From an uncultured Trueperaceae bacterium (lineage in GTDB: Bacteria > Deinococcota > Deinococci > Deinococcales > Trueperaceae), in the NCBI GenBank assembly GCA_963815215.1, contig CAWFFU010000004.1, positions 64,001-128,000 on the forward strand: a stretch of 64,000 bases of DNA. The letters are read 5' to 3'. This document shows positions 41,637 to 53,387 of this stretch, piece after piece. Position 1 is the first letter of the stretch, and each line of letters starts with the position of its first letter. The notes under the pieces were generated by a model. It saw nothing but the letters and a program-made list of their open reading frames with translations. It had not been told where the DNA came from and did not search any database. The position numbers and the translations under genes were made by a program.

Positions 41637-43604
41637 TCAGCGCACCTCGCTGCCGTCGGGGAGGTCCGCCTCGAGCGTGGCCACGCTCAGGTTGCCCCCC
41701 TCGTCCTCGGCGGCCAGGATCATCCCCTCGGAGCGCACGCCGCGCAGCGTCACTGGCTTCAGGTTCGCCACCAGGATGAGCTTCTTGCCCACCAGGTCCT
41801 CGGGCGCGTAGTGCTCCCGGATGCCCGACACCACGGTGCGGGTCTCGGGACCCATGCGGACGCTGAGCACCAGCAGCTTGTCGGCGTTGGGGTGAGGCTC
41901 GGCCTTCTCGACGGTGACGACGCGTAGCTCGACCTGAGAGAAGTCGTGGATGGAGATCTCCGCCTTGTGCTCGAGCGGTTCGACCTCGGGCTCGGCCATG
42001 GCCTTCTCGAGGGCCTCCAGGTCGATGCGCGGGAACAGCGGCTCGCCGGGCGCGGTGTGGGTGCCGGCCGGCACCAGGCCCCACTGCGCAGCGCTGTCGA
42101 GATCGAAGGGCGCGCGCTTGATGCCGAGCTGCTTGCGCAGCTCGCGGGCCTTGCCTGGGATCACCGGCTCGAGCAGGATGCTGGCGCAGCACAGCGCCTC
42201 CACGCAGGTGTTGAGCACGGTATCGAGGCGGGCACTCTGGCCGGGATCCTTGGCGAGCTCCCAGGGAGCGGTCTCGCTGATGTACTTGTTGGCCTTGCGC
42301 ACCGCTTCCATCACCGTCTCCAGGGCGCGGTCGAACTGGAGGTCGTCGAAGCGCCGGCTCACCTGTTCCGGCAGCGCGGTGAAGCTGGCCTTCAGCTCCT
42401 CGTCGATGGGGCTTAGCTCGCCCGCGGCCGGGACCACCCCGTCGCGGTAGCGCGCCAGCATGCCGAGGGTGCGGTTGAGCAGGTTGCCGAGGTCGTTGGC
42501 CAGGTCGGCGTTGATGCGCTCGGCGATGCCGGTCTCGCTGAAGCTGGCGTCGAGGCCGAAGTTCATGTCGCGCATCAGGAAGTAGCGGAAGGCGTCGTTG
42601 CCGTACTTGCGCTGCAGGTCGAGCGGCCGGATGACGTTCCCCAGCGACTTGCTCATCTTGCGCTCGTTGACGAGCCAGTAGCCGTGCACGTTCAGGTGGT
42701 GGTACAGCGGGATGCCGGCGGCCTTGAGCATGATCGGCCAGAACAGACCGTGGGGCTTGACGATGTCCTTGGCGATGAAGTGCTCCACGTGGGGCCAGTA
42801 GCGCGCCTCCAAACCCTTGGAGGCGAGCGCCGAGTAATAGTTGATGAGGGCGTCGAACCACACGTAGGTGACGTGCTCCTCGTCCCACGGCAGCGGGATG
42901 CCCCAGGGCACGCGCTTGCGCGGCCTGCTGATGGAGAGGTCCCCGATGGGCTCGCGCAGCATGGCGAGCACCTCGTTGCGGTAGCGCTCGGGGCGGATCA
43001 GCTCGGGGTTCTCCTCCAGCGTCTCGCGCAGCCACGGCCGGTACTTCTCCATGCGGAAGAAGTAGTTCGCCTCGGTGCGGTACTCGGGCGGCTCGTCGGA
43101 GTCGGGGCACTTGCCGTCGACGATCTCCTTCTCGGTCACGAAACGCTCGGCGCCCACGCAGTAGAGGCCGGAGTACTCGCCGTAGAAGATGTCGCCACTG
43201 TCGTAGACGCGCTGCAAGACCTCGCGCACCACCTTCTGGTGGCGCTCCTCGGTGGTCCGGATGAACTCGTCGTACTGGATGCCGAGCCGGTCCCAGGTGG
43301 CCCGGAACTGCGCTGCCACGTCGTCGACGTACTGCTGCGGCGTCTTGCCCGCCTTGTCCGCGGCCTTGGCGACCTTCTCGCCGTGCTCGTCGGTGCCGGT
43401 CAGGAAGAAGGTGTCGTCGCCGCGCAGCCGGTGGAAGCGGGTGACGACATCGACCAGCGTGGTCGTGTAGGCGTGGCCGATGTGGGGCGCGGCGTTGACG
43501 TAGAAGATCGGCGTGGTGGCGTAGAAGGTGCCGCGCCGGCGCTCCTCCTGGGTGTCGCCGTACCGGTCGGGTCGCGTGTCCACTGGGGTCTCGGCTGTGT
43601 CCAT
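41637..43604 (-). CDS. metG: methionine--tRNA ligase with C-terminal tRNA-binding domain
   Basis: PHIGHAY, GTDEHG, YVWFDAL, KMSKS, C-terminal HPNADKLL...ANLKP...SEGM; SD GGAGG. Confidence 0.96.
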   Translation of the reverse strand: MDTAETPVDTRPDRYGDTQEERRRGTFYATTPIFYVNAAPHIGHAYTTTLVDVVTRFHRLRGDDTFFLTGTDEHGEKVAKAADKAGKTPQQYVDDVAAQFRATWDRLGIQYDEFIRTTEERHQKVVREVLQRVYDSGDIFYGEYSGLYCVGAERFVTEKEIVDGKCPDSDEPPEYRTEANYFFRMEKYRPWLRETLEENPELIRPERYRNEVLAMLREPIGDLSISRPRKRVPWGIPLPWDEEHVTYVWFDALINYYSALASKGLEARYWPHVEHFIAKDIVKPHGLFWPIMLKAAGIPLYHHLNVHGYWLVNERKMSKSLGNVIRPLDLQRKYGNDAFRYFLMRDMNFGLDASFSETGIAERINADLANDLGNLLNRTLGMLARYRDGVVPAAGELSPIDEELKASFTALPEQVSRRFDDLQFDRALETVMEAVRKANKYISETAPWELAKDPGQSARLDTVLNTCVEALCCASILLEPVIPGKARELRKQLGIKRAPFDLDSAAQWGLVPAGTHTAPGEPLFPRIDLEALEKAMAEPEVEPLEHKAEISIHDFSQVELRVVTVEKAEPHPNADKLLVLSVRMGPETRTVVSGIREHYAPEDLVGKKLILVANLKPVTLRGVRSEGMILAAEDEGGNLSVATLEADLPDGSEVR

Positions 43605-43643
43605 GTCGTCCTCCGAGGTTCGGCCGGGAAGGGCCCACGAGCC

Positions 43644-43674
43644 AAGAAAGAAGGGCGCCGTCCAGACGGCGCCC
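43644..43674 (-). terminator. intrinsic terminator/attenuator in the metG leader
   Basis: minus strand GGGCGCCGTC-TG-GACGGCGCCC followed by TTCTTTCTT, 40 nt upstream of the metG ATG. Confidence 0.8.
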
Positions 43675-43697
43675 ACGACCCTACCGAGCGTGCCCGC

Positions 43698-43739
43698 TCA
43701 GTCGGATCCAGGGCGGCATCCCGTCATTCGCCGGTTCAT
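43698..43739 (-). CDS. putative metG leader peptide (MNRRMTGCRPGSD)
   Basis: TAGACT -10 box (43752-43747) 7 nt before ATG; stop lies 23 nt before the terminator stem. Confidence 0.6.
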   Translation of the reverse strand: MNRRMTGCRPGSD

Positions 43740-43924
43740 GGCACCGAGTCTAGCAGACGGCGAGCACGGTGCGCTGTCGGATCCGACGGCGGGCGGCGGC
43801 CGCTCCGTCGGGCCGGCTCGCGGACGGCGACGGGCCCGGGACCTCGCCCTCCCGGCCCATCGCCGTCGTCGTGCGCCCCGTGCGCCCCGTGCGCGCCCGC
43901 GGCACACGGTGGCACAATGTAGGC

Positions 43925-47099
<3,175 letters not shown>

Positions 47100-47166
47100 C
47101 GGTATCCGCGCGGCGGGTGCCGGACCTGCACACGCCTTCGGGCCATCGGCCCCGTACAATGGTCCC

Positions 47167-47541
47167 ATGATCATGACTCCCGACGAGCGCGTCCTCGAGG
47201 CTCGTGCCGCGGTGTTGCGCGTTGCCGTCCCGGCCGGTGTCCGGGTGAGTTTCGGAGACGGGCGCCGGCGCAGCGATCTGACGCTGGCGCTGCTTCGTGG
47301 CGAGCGGCTGTCGGTGTTGACGTTGGCACCGCGCCTGCTCGAGCAGGTCCCCGCCGACATCGAGATCGTCCGGAGCGCGCACGTCGGCCAGAGTTACGAG
47401 CTGATGATGGCGCTGACCGAGAGGCTCGAGCAGCAGCCGTTGCGCTCGCCCGAGCGGCGGGCCAAGCTGCGTCAGCTCGCCGAGGAGCCGGTGCCCGACG
47501 ACGAGACGGCCACCCTCCTCGAAGCCGGCGATCCGGCCTGA
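47167..47541 (+). CDS. hypothetical protein
   Basis: TACAAT -10 box at 47155, leaderless ATG; typical codon bias. Confidence 0.7.
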   Translation: MIMTPDERVLEARAAVLRVAVPAGVRVSFGDGRRRSDLTLALLRGERLSVLTLAPRLLEQVPADIEIVRSAHVGQSYELMMALTERLEQQPLRSPERRAKLRQLAEEPVPDDETATLLEAGDPA

Positions 47542-47639
47542 GCGGCGGCCGGTCCCGACCCCCCGGTCCAGCCGAATGTCCGTCGTGAACGCGTGCCGGC
47601 GTCCCGGGGCGCGAGCGCCCGGCGCGTACGCATACCCTA

Positions 47640-47668
47640 TTGCATAAGCCGTAACCTCGTGCTAGAAT
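47640..47668 (+). promoter_or_regulatory. near-consensus sigma70-type promoter
   Basis: TTGCAT (47640-45), 17-bp spacer, extended -10 TGcTAGAAT (47660-68). Confidence 0.75.
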
Positions 47669-47743
47669 CTTTCGCCGGGGACGAAGGTCCCCTAGCGGCG
47701 GCCCACAAGGGCCCCAGCCCACGACAGCAAGGAGGTGAGGTCG

Positions 47744-47908
47744 ATGATCGAGATCATGGTTGTGCACGCTTCGGAGTCCGTCCGTTGCGCCGTCGGCCTG
47801 CGCCCCTTCGCCGACGTCGCCCAGACGGGCGCCGGAGCGGCCGGCTGGGGCGCCGGTGCACGCCGCTCGCTCGAGGAGGGTCCTCCCCAGGACCGCGGGT
47901 CTGCCTAG
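47744..47908 (+). CDS. putative leader peptide (54 aa, MIEIMVVHASESVRCAVGLRPFADVAQTGAGAAGWGAGARRSLEEGPPQDRGSA)
   Basis: very strong SD AAGGAGGTGA; lies between the promoter and the intrinsic terminator; below the ORF-track length cutoff. Confidence 0.65.
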   Translation: MIEIMVVHASESVRCAVGLRPFADVAQTGAGAAGWGAGARRSLEEGPPQDRGSA

Positions 47909-47937
47909 CAGACCTCGACCCGACACCCGTTGTCGGC

Positions 47938-47969
47938 CCTCGGCGAGCTCTTCGCCGAGGTTCTTTTTT
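47938..47969 (+). terminator. intrinsic terminator/attenuator
   Basis: CCTCGGCGA-GCTCT-TCGCCGAGG followed by TTCTTTTTT. Confidence 0.85.
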
Positions 47970-48010
47970 GCCCCCCACCCGTATCCCGGGATCCGACCTA
48001 GGAGGTCCAC

Positions 48011-48154
48011 ATGAACACCTACATGCTCGTACAGTTCACCCGCGCCCGTGCCGGCCAGCTCCGGCGCGAGCCCAACGCCGAGCGCCTGCGCCGCGCCGGC
48101 TATGCCGACGGTGAGCGCGTGCCCCGCATCGCGCGCCACTGGGCCAACCGCTAG
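48011..48154 (+). CDS. Arg-rich microprotein (47 aa, MNTYMLVQFTRARAGQLRREPNAERLRRAGYADGERVPRIARHWANR)
   Basis: SD AGGAGGT just upstream; similar to the next ORF. Confidence 0.65.
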   Translation: MNTYMLVQFTRARAGQLRREPNAERLRRAGYADGERVPRIARHWANR

Positions 48155-48223
48155 AGCGCCGCACCGTTTTGCGCGCGCGGCGCCGAAGCGGAGGCCGGCA
48201 ACGGACGCCCTGAGGAGGGCAGC

Positions 48224-48478
48224 ATGAACGGATGGTTGTATGGCGCCACCGTCGCCGCACGCGACCGGATGAACGACTACCGACGCCAGGCTGAGGATGC
48301 CCGGGCGCTACGCCTGGCCCGCGAGCGCGGAGGCATCGCCGACCGCGGGTGGGTCCTGGCCCGACGCCGGGCCGCGAGCGCCCTGCACGGCCTCGCCGAC
48401 GTCGTGGCTCCGCGGACGACCCACGGTTCCGACGCGCTGCATCGCAGCCGGGAGGCCGGAGGACGGCCGATCGCCTGA
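48224..48478 (+). CDS. Arg-rich small protein (84 aa)
   Basis: SD GAGGAGG; shares an RxRxxx[LY]RR[EQ]xxxxRxxR pattern with 48011-48154. Confidence 0.7.
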   Translation: MNGWLYGATVAARDRMNDYRRQAEDARALRLARERGGIADRGWVLARRRAASALHGLADVVAPRTTHGSDALHRSREAGGRPIA

Positions 48479-48531
48479 GGCAGGGCCTCGTCGTCCCGGT
48501 CCGGCCGGGAGTGACGGGGCACGAACGGCGA

Positions 48532-48575
48532 CGTGAGCGGGCCCGCAGCCTTTCGAGGCTGCGGGCCCGCTCACG
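48532..48575. terminator. perfect 20-bp hairpin with TTCG loop between convergent genes
   Basis: CGTGAGCGGGCCCGCAGCCT-TTCG-AGGCTGCGGGCCCGCTCACG. Confidence 0.75.
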
Positions 48576-48598
48576 GGGAGGGAGGGAGTCGGGGGGTC

Positions 48599-48868
48599 TC
48601 AGCCGCGGTCGTTCATCAGCCGCCCCAACCAGAACGAACGCGTCGGGAAGGCGGCGAAGGGGTTGTCGATGCGAACGGGCTCGCCGTGGAAACGGCGCAG
48701 CATGGCTTCCACCTGCGCCAGCTCCAGCTCGGCCGATGGCGCCGGCGCAGGAGCGCGTCCCGCGATCCGGCCCGTGACGCGTCGCGGGTACGAGCGTTCG
48801 GGAGCGCGTTCGCTCACGGGCAGCGGCATCCCGGCCAGCGTGCGAAGAACGGAGGGAAGCGACCTCAT
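48599..48868 (-). CDS. small hypothetical protein
   Basis: TACCCT -10 box 6 nt upstream of ATG (leaderless pattern); ends next to the convergent hairpin. Confidence 0.6.
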   Translation of the reverse strand: MRSLPSVLRTLAGMPLPVSERAPERSYPRRVTGRIAGRAPAPAPSAELELAQVEAMLRRFHGEPVRIDNPFAAFPTRSFWLGRLMNDRG

Positions 48869-48973
48869 GAGCGCAGGGTAGAGCGCGACTCCTTTCGGTT
48901 CTCTTACCCGGGCCGGGAGAGCGGCCGCACCGCGTCGCGATCCGTGCCGATGGAGTCGGGGACGCGCCGCCGG

Positions 48974-49828
48974 TCACGACAGCGCCAGCAGGGCGACGCC
49001 CACGACCATCCCGAGCGCCCCTGCCAGGCGCCTCGATCCCTGCCCTTCGGCCAGCAGCCTCGTTCCCATCAGGGTCCCGACCAGGATGCTGATCTCGCGC
49101 GCCGGCGCCACCAGGCTGATAGGCGTGAAGGTCATGGCGGTGAGGACCAGGATGTAGGCCAGTGGGCTCAACACGGCGATGCCCCAGGCCGCCCCGCGGC
49201 TGTCACGCCAGGCCCGCGCCACCGCAGCACGCCCGCGCCACGCCAACGGGGCCAGCAGCAGCGCGCGCCCGGCCTCCGAGAGGTAGCTGTACAGAAGCGG
49301 TGACGCCCCCAGATGAGCCACCGCATACCCGTCCCAGACGGTATACCCACCGATGAACACGCCCGTCGTGAGGCCGTAGAACAGCGCCGGACGACCGGCT
49401 CCGCCGCGCGCGCCACCCCCCGTGAGCACGAACACGCTCAGCACCACCAGGGCCCCGCCGGCGAGCCCCAACGGACCGGGCCGCTCGCCCAGCACGGTGA
49501 TCGCCAGCAGCGCCGCCAGCGCCGGCCCGCTGCCGCGCGCCAGCGGATACACCAGCGACAGGTCGCCCACCCGGTAGCCGCGTTGCAGGGTCACGAAGTA
49601 GGCGACGTGGATGAGGCTGCTCACCGCAGCGAAGCCCACCACGACGGGGCGCAGCGTCGGGTGCGCCAGCACCGCGTAGACCGCGACCGCCGGCGCGTAG
49701 GCCACCAGGGTGAGGGTGGCGAAGAGCCAGACGAACTCCACGCCCCCCTGCGCGCGCTTGGCCAGCAGGTTCCAGCTCGCGTGGAGCAGCGCGGCGGCGA
49801 GGACGAGGGCCAGGGCGAGGAGCGTCAC
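48974..49828 (-). CDS. DMT/EamA family transporter
   Basis: LHASWNLLAK, GDLSLVYPLARG, APAREISI; about 10 TM. Confidence 0.88.
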   Translation of the reverse strand: MTLLALALVLAAALLHASWNLLAKRAQGGVEFVWLFATLTLVAYAPAVAVYAVLAHPTLRPVVVGFAAVSSLIHVAYFVTLQRGYRVGDLSLVYPLARGSGPALAALLAITVLGERPGPLGLAGGALVVLSVFVLTGGGARGGAGRPALFYGLTTGVFIGGYTVWDGYAVAHLGASPLLYSYLSEAGRALLLAPLAWRGRAAVARAWRDSRGAAWGIAVLSPLAYILVLTAMTFTPISLVAPAREISILVGTLMGTRLLAEGQGSRRLAGALGMVVGVALLALS

Positions 49829-49851
49829 GCGCCGTCGCCGCGGCCGGGGGC

Positions 49852-50310
49852 CTAGGCTTCCTCCTCCAAGCTGCGTGCCAGGTACGCCTCCAGGTCGGCG
49901 TGCTCCGCGCGCAGCACGGTCTCGACCCAGGCGTCGCGCTCGAAGGCCAGCAGCCGCAGGTCCCAGACGTCGGCGGAGAGCTCGGAGCCGGACACCGGCT
50001 CGAGCAGGAAGCTCCCGCTCGACGGCCGCATGTAGGTCTGCGACCGCAGCTCCGTCTCGTAGGCCCAGTGGGCGACGGTGACGAAGTCGTAGCTCGAGCC
50101 CTGGTGCACGGCGATGAAGCCCACCCCGTAGCGGTCGGGGGTGCTCGCCGGTTGCGGCAGCGATGCCAGCGCGGTGTCGCGTGCGGCCTGCAGCAGCGCG
50201 TCGAGGGGCTCCTTGCTGTGGTGAAGGATGTTGTAGACCTTCAGCCGCCACCCCTTCGCCTGCTCGAGCCCGACGAAGCGGATGCGGCGGGGACGGTAGG
50301 GAACCTCCAT
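49852..50310 (-). CDS. conserved hypothetical protein
   Basis: YRPRRIRF...WRLKVY...GFIAVHQG...VWDL...FERDAW; leaderless TAAGAT. Confidence 0.75.
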   Translation of the reverse strand: MEVPYRPRRIRFVGLEQAKGWRLKVYNILHHSKEPLDALLQAARDTALASLPQPASTPDRYGVGFIAVHQGSSYDFVTVAHWAYETELRSQTYMRPSSGSFLLEPVSGSELSADVWDLRLLAFERDAWVETVLRAEHADLEAYLARSLEEEA

Positions 50311-50361
50311 GCCGCCATCTTACGGGGTCCGCCGCCTCCGTCGACTGGCATACTACGGGGC

Positions 50362-51009
50362 ATGGCCAGCATCGTCGCACTCTACGCGGGTCGGATCGAG
50401 ACCCGGCAACTGGCGGGCCGTGAGGCTGCCACCGCGATCGGCAAGACGCCCGCGCACGGGCCTGTGCGGCTGGGCACGCTGGGGCTGGAGGGCGACCAGC
50501 AGGCGGACACCAAGAACCACGGCGGTCCCGACCGGGCCGTGTGCGTCTACGCCGACGAGCGCTACCCGTACTGGGAGGAGCGTCTGGGGCGGCCGCTGCG
50601 GACCCCGGCGTTCGGGGAGAACGCGCGCGTGACAGGGCGCCTCGAGGAGGACGTGGTGCTGGGTGAGGTGTGGCGGGTGGGGGGCGTCCGGCTGCAGGTC
50701 ACCGAGCCGCGCGTGCCGTGCTGGACGCCGGCCGCCCTCAACGGCGAGCTGCAGCTCACGGCGTGGATGTCCCAGACGGGTTACACCGGCTACCTGCTGC
50801 GAGTGCTGCAGGAGGGCGCGCTCGAGCCCGGCGCCGAGATCGAGGTGGTCGATCGTCCCCCGCAGCCGCTCTCGGTGATGGAGCTCAACCGGCTGTACTT
50901 CCGCGATCGCGACGACGTCGAGGGCCTGCGGCGGGCCCTGGCCTGCGACGGGCTGCTGCCCGACTGGCGTGGGCTGCTCGAGGAGCAGCTCGACCGCGCC
51001 GGCGGCTGA
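50362..51009 (+). CDS. MOSC domain protein (YiiM-like)
   Basis: GLEGDQQAD..HGGPDRAV, FGEN, QVTEPRVPC, TGYLLRVLQEG. Confidence 0.9.
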   Translation: MASIVALYAGRIETRQLAGREAATAIGKTPAHGPVRLGTLGLEGDQQADTKNHGGPDRAVCVYADERYPYWEERLGRPLRTPAFGENARVTGRLEEDVVLGEVWRVGGVRLQVTEPRVPCWTPAALNGELQLTAWMSQTGYTGYLLRVLQEGALEPGAEIEVVDRPPQPLSVMELNRLYFRDRDDVEGLRRALACDGLLPDWRGLLEEQLDRAGG

Positions 51010-51083
51010 GCGCCGGCACGCCGCACCGGCACGCCGCAGCGTCGACGGCAACGGCGTCCAACGGCAGCTCCCGTTCACGAGAA

Positions 51084-51110
51084 CGCCCCGCAGGGCGGGC
51101 CTGCGGGGCG
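51084..51110. terminator. hairpin between convergent MOSC and ilvE genes
   Basis: CGCCCCGCAGG-N5-CCTGCGGGGCG. Confidence 0.65.
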
Positions 51111-51127
51111 CGGAACGCGAACGAAGC

Positions 51128-52081
51128 TCAGTCGACGTAGGTCAGCCAGGAGTCGAAGACATCGAGGCGGCCGTGGACCACGTCGAGGTAGGTCTTGCGC
51201 ATGGTGAGCGCGTACTCCCCGGCCACGCCGTCGCCGATGGGGCGGCGATCGATCGAGGCCACCGGTGTCACCTCGGCCGCCGTACCCACCATGAACACCT
51301 CGTCGGCGGTGTAGAGCTCGTCGCGCGTCGCCATGGTGCTCTGCACCTCGGTGCCCATCCACTCGGCGATCCGGATCACGGTGTCGCGGGTGATGCCGCG
51401 CAGGTTGACGGAGTGCGCGATGGGGTAGAGGACGCCGTCCCGGACCATGAAGAGGTTCTCGCCCGAGCCCTCGGCCACGAACCCTTGCTTGTCGAGCAGC
51501 AGCGCTTCGTCGTAACCGTTGGCCCTCGCCTCCTGATTGGCCAGCACCGAGTTCACGTAGTTGCCGCCGGCCTTCGCCTTGGTCGGCAGGATGTCGCCCG
51601 AGCTGCGGCGCCACGAGCTCGTCATCAGCGCCACGCCCTTCTGCACGCCCTCGTCGCCCAGGTAGGTACCCCAGGGCATGGTCGCCACCATGAAGTGCAC
51701 GCGGTTGCGGCCCGGGTTCACGCCCAGCGACTCGGAGCCGTACCAGAACAGCGGGCGGATGTAGCACGACGTGCGCTTGTTGGCGCGGATCGTCTCCAGG
51801 ATGGCGTGGTCGATCTCATCGGCGGTGACCGGCGAACGCATGCCGAGGATCTTGGCGGAGTCGAGCATGCGCCTGGTGTGCTCCGGCAGGCGGAAGACCG
51901 CGGCGCCGCGCTCGGTCTCGTAGGCGCGGATCCCCTCGAACACACTGGTGCCGTAGTGCAGCGCGTGGGTGAGGACCGATACCGTGGCCTCTTCGGGCGC
52001 GACGAGCTTGCCTTCGAACCAGATCTGGCCGGAGTCCACGGCCGAGGTACTGGTGGGTGCGGGTTTGGATGGGACCGCCAT
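51128..52081 (-). CDS. ilvE: branched-chain amino acid aminotransferase
   Basis: HALHYGTSVFEGIRAY, KAKAGGNY, AEGSGENLF, LRGITR, GTAAEVTP; SD AGGAGG. Confidence 0.95.
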   Translation of the reverse strand: MAVPSKPAPTSTSAVDSGQIWFEGKLVAPEEATVSVLTHALHYGTSVFEGIRAYETERGAAVFRLPEHTRRMLDSAKILGMRSPVTADEIDHAILETIRANKRTSCYIRPLFWYGSESLGVNPGRNRVHFMVATMPWGTYLGDEGVQKGVALMTSSWRRSSGDILPTKAKAGGNYVNSVLANQEARANGYDEALLLDKQGFVAEGSGENLFMVRDGVLYPIAHSVNLRGITRDTVIRIAEWMGTEVQSTMATRDELYTADEVFMVGTAAEVTPVASIDRRPIGDGVAGEYALTMRKTYLDVVHGRLDVFDSWLTYVD

Positions 52082-52229
52082 GCGAACCTCCTGGGATGCT
52101 CCGTTCATCATACGGCCCGGCGCCGAACCAGCCTCCGACGCCGAGCGACAACAGGACGCGTGTCGAGCCTGTTCTGAACGGAGCTCGACGCGCCGGCAGG
52201 CGAGGGCCGGGCGCGGGTACACTACCGAC

Positions 52230-53210
52230 ATGGACATCCTGGTGACCGGCGGTGCCGGCTACATCGGCAGCATCACCACCGAGCGGCTGCTGGAGCGCGG
52301 CCATCGTGTGGTCGTCCTCGACAACCTGTCGACCGGCCATCGGGACGCCGTCCCGGACGGGGCGGCCTTCGTGGAGGCGGACGTCGCGGACCCGGACCGG
52401 GTCGGCGCCGCGATCCGGGAACACGGCGTCGAGGCCGCGCTGCACTTCGCCGCGGTATCGCTGGTCGGGGAGTCGATGGAGCGGCCGCTGGCGTATTTCC
52501 GCAACAACACCGCCGGCAGCCTGGCGCTCGTCGAGACCCTGCTGGCGCACGATGTGCGTCGCTTCGTGCTGTCGTCGACCGCGGCGCTGTTCGGCACGCC
52601 CGAGGCCGTGCCCATCCCGGAGGACGCTCCGGTGCGGCCGGAGAGCGTCTACGGCGAGTCGAAGGCCCTCGTCGAGCGCATGCTGCACTGGCTGCAGCGC
52701 ACCGCCGGCCTGGGGTACACCGCGCTGCGGTACTTCAACGCCGCCGGCGCCAGCGACCGGCTGGGGGAGGACCACCGGCCGGAGTCGCACCTGATCCCGC
52801 TGGTGCTGCAGGTGGCGGCCGGGCGGCGCGAGCACATCGCGGTGTTCGGCGACGACTACCCCACGCCGGACGGAACCGCGGTGCGCGACTACGTCCACGT
52901 GCTGGATCTGGCCGAGGCCCACGTGCTGGCCGTGGAGGCGCTGGCGCCGGGCGAGGCGCACGCCTACAACCTCGGCAACGGGCAGGGCTTCTCCGTGCGC
53001 GAGGTCATCGAGGCTTGCCGGAGCGTCACCGGCCAGCCCATCGGCGAACGGCTCGCTCCGCGGCGTGCCGGCGATCCGCCGGTGCTGGTGGCCGATTCCC
53101 GGCGCATCCGCGACGAGCTAGGCTGGCGGCCGGCGCACGCGCGGCTGGAGGCGATGGTGGCGTCGGCGTGGTCATGGGCACAGGCGCACCCGCACGGCTA
53201 CGCTGCCTGA
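52230..53210 (+). CDS. galE: UDP-glucose 4-epimerase
   Basis: LVTGGAGYIGS, HFAA, YGESK, LRYFNAAGA, DGTAVRDYVHV. Confidence 0.93.
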   Translation: MDILVTGGAGYIGSITTERLLERGHRVVVLDNLSTGHRDAVPDGAAFVEADVADPDRVGAAIREHGVEAALHFAAVSLVGESMERPLAYFRNNTAGSLALVETLLAHDVRRFVLSSTAALFGTPEAVPIPEDAPVRPESVYGESKALVERMLHWLQRTAGLGYTALRYFNAAGASDRLGEDHRPESHLIPLVLQVAAGRREHIAVFGDDYPTPDGTAVRDYVHVLDLAEAHVLAVEALAPGEAHAYNLGNGQGFSVREVIEACRSVTGQPIGERLAPRRAGDPPVLVADSRRIRDELGWRPAHARLEAMVASAWSWAQAHPHGYAA

Positions 53211-53387
53211 AGGAATGCACAAGGCCCGGGTGCCGGTTCTCATCGGTCCGTGTGTTATGACTGTGCGGTCACGGCAGAGCCCGCCGTTAGCGCCCAGGAC
53301 GTAACTCGCTCCGGCGCGCGCGGGCCAGGGAAGGCGGGTGTCCGCTCGCGAGGCGCCATGCTAAGCTGTGCTGATTTGGAGAATGCC

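Noticed and set aside
43605..43760. T-box or SAM riboswitch upstream of metG
   Set aside because: No T-box (GGTGGxACCGCG) or SAM-I core motifs, and the leader is too short
47744..48154. Type I toxin-antitoxin interpretation of the small-ORF locus
   Set aside because: Neither peptide has a hydrophobic TM helix and I found no antisense promoter; the attenuator model fits better
49852..50310. Isochorismatase label for this ORF
   Set aside because: No cysteine-hydrolase catalytic motifs visible
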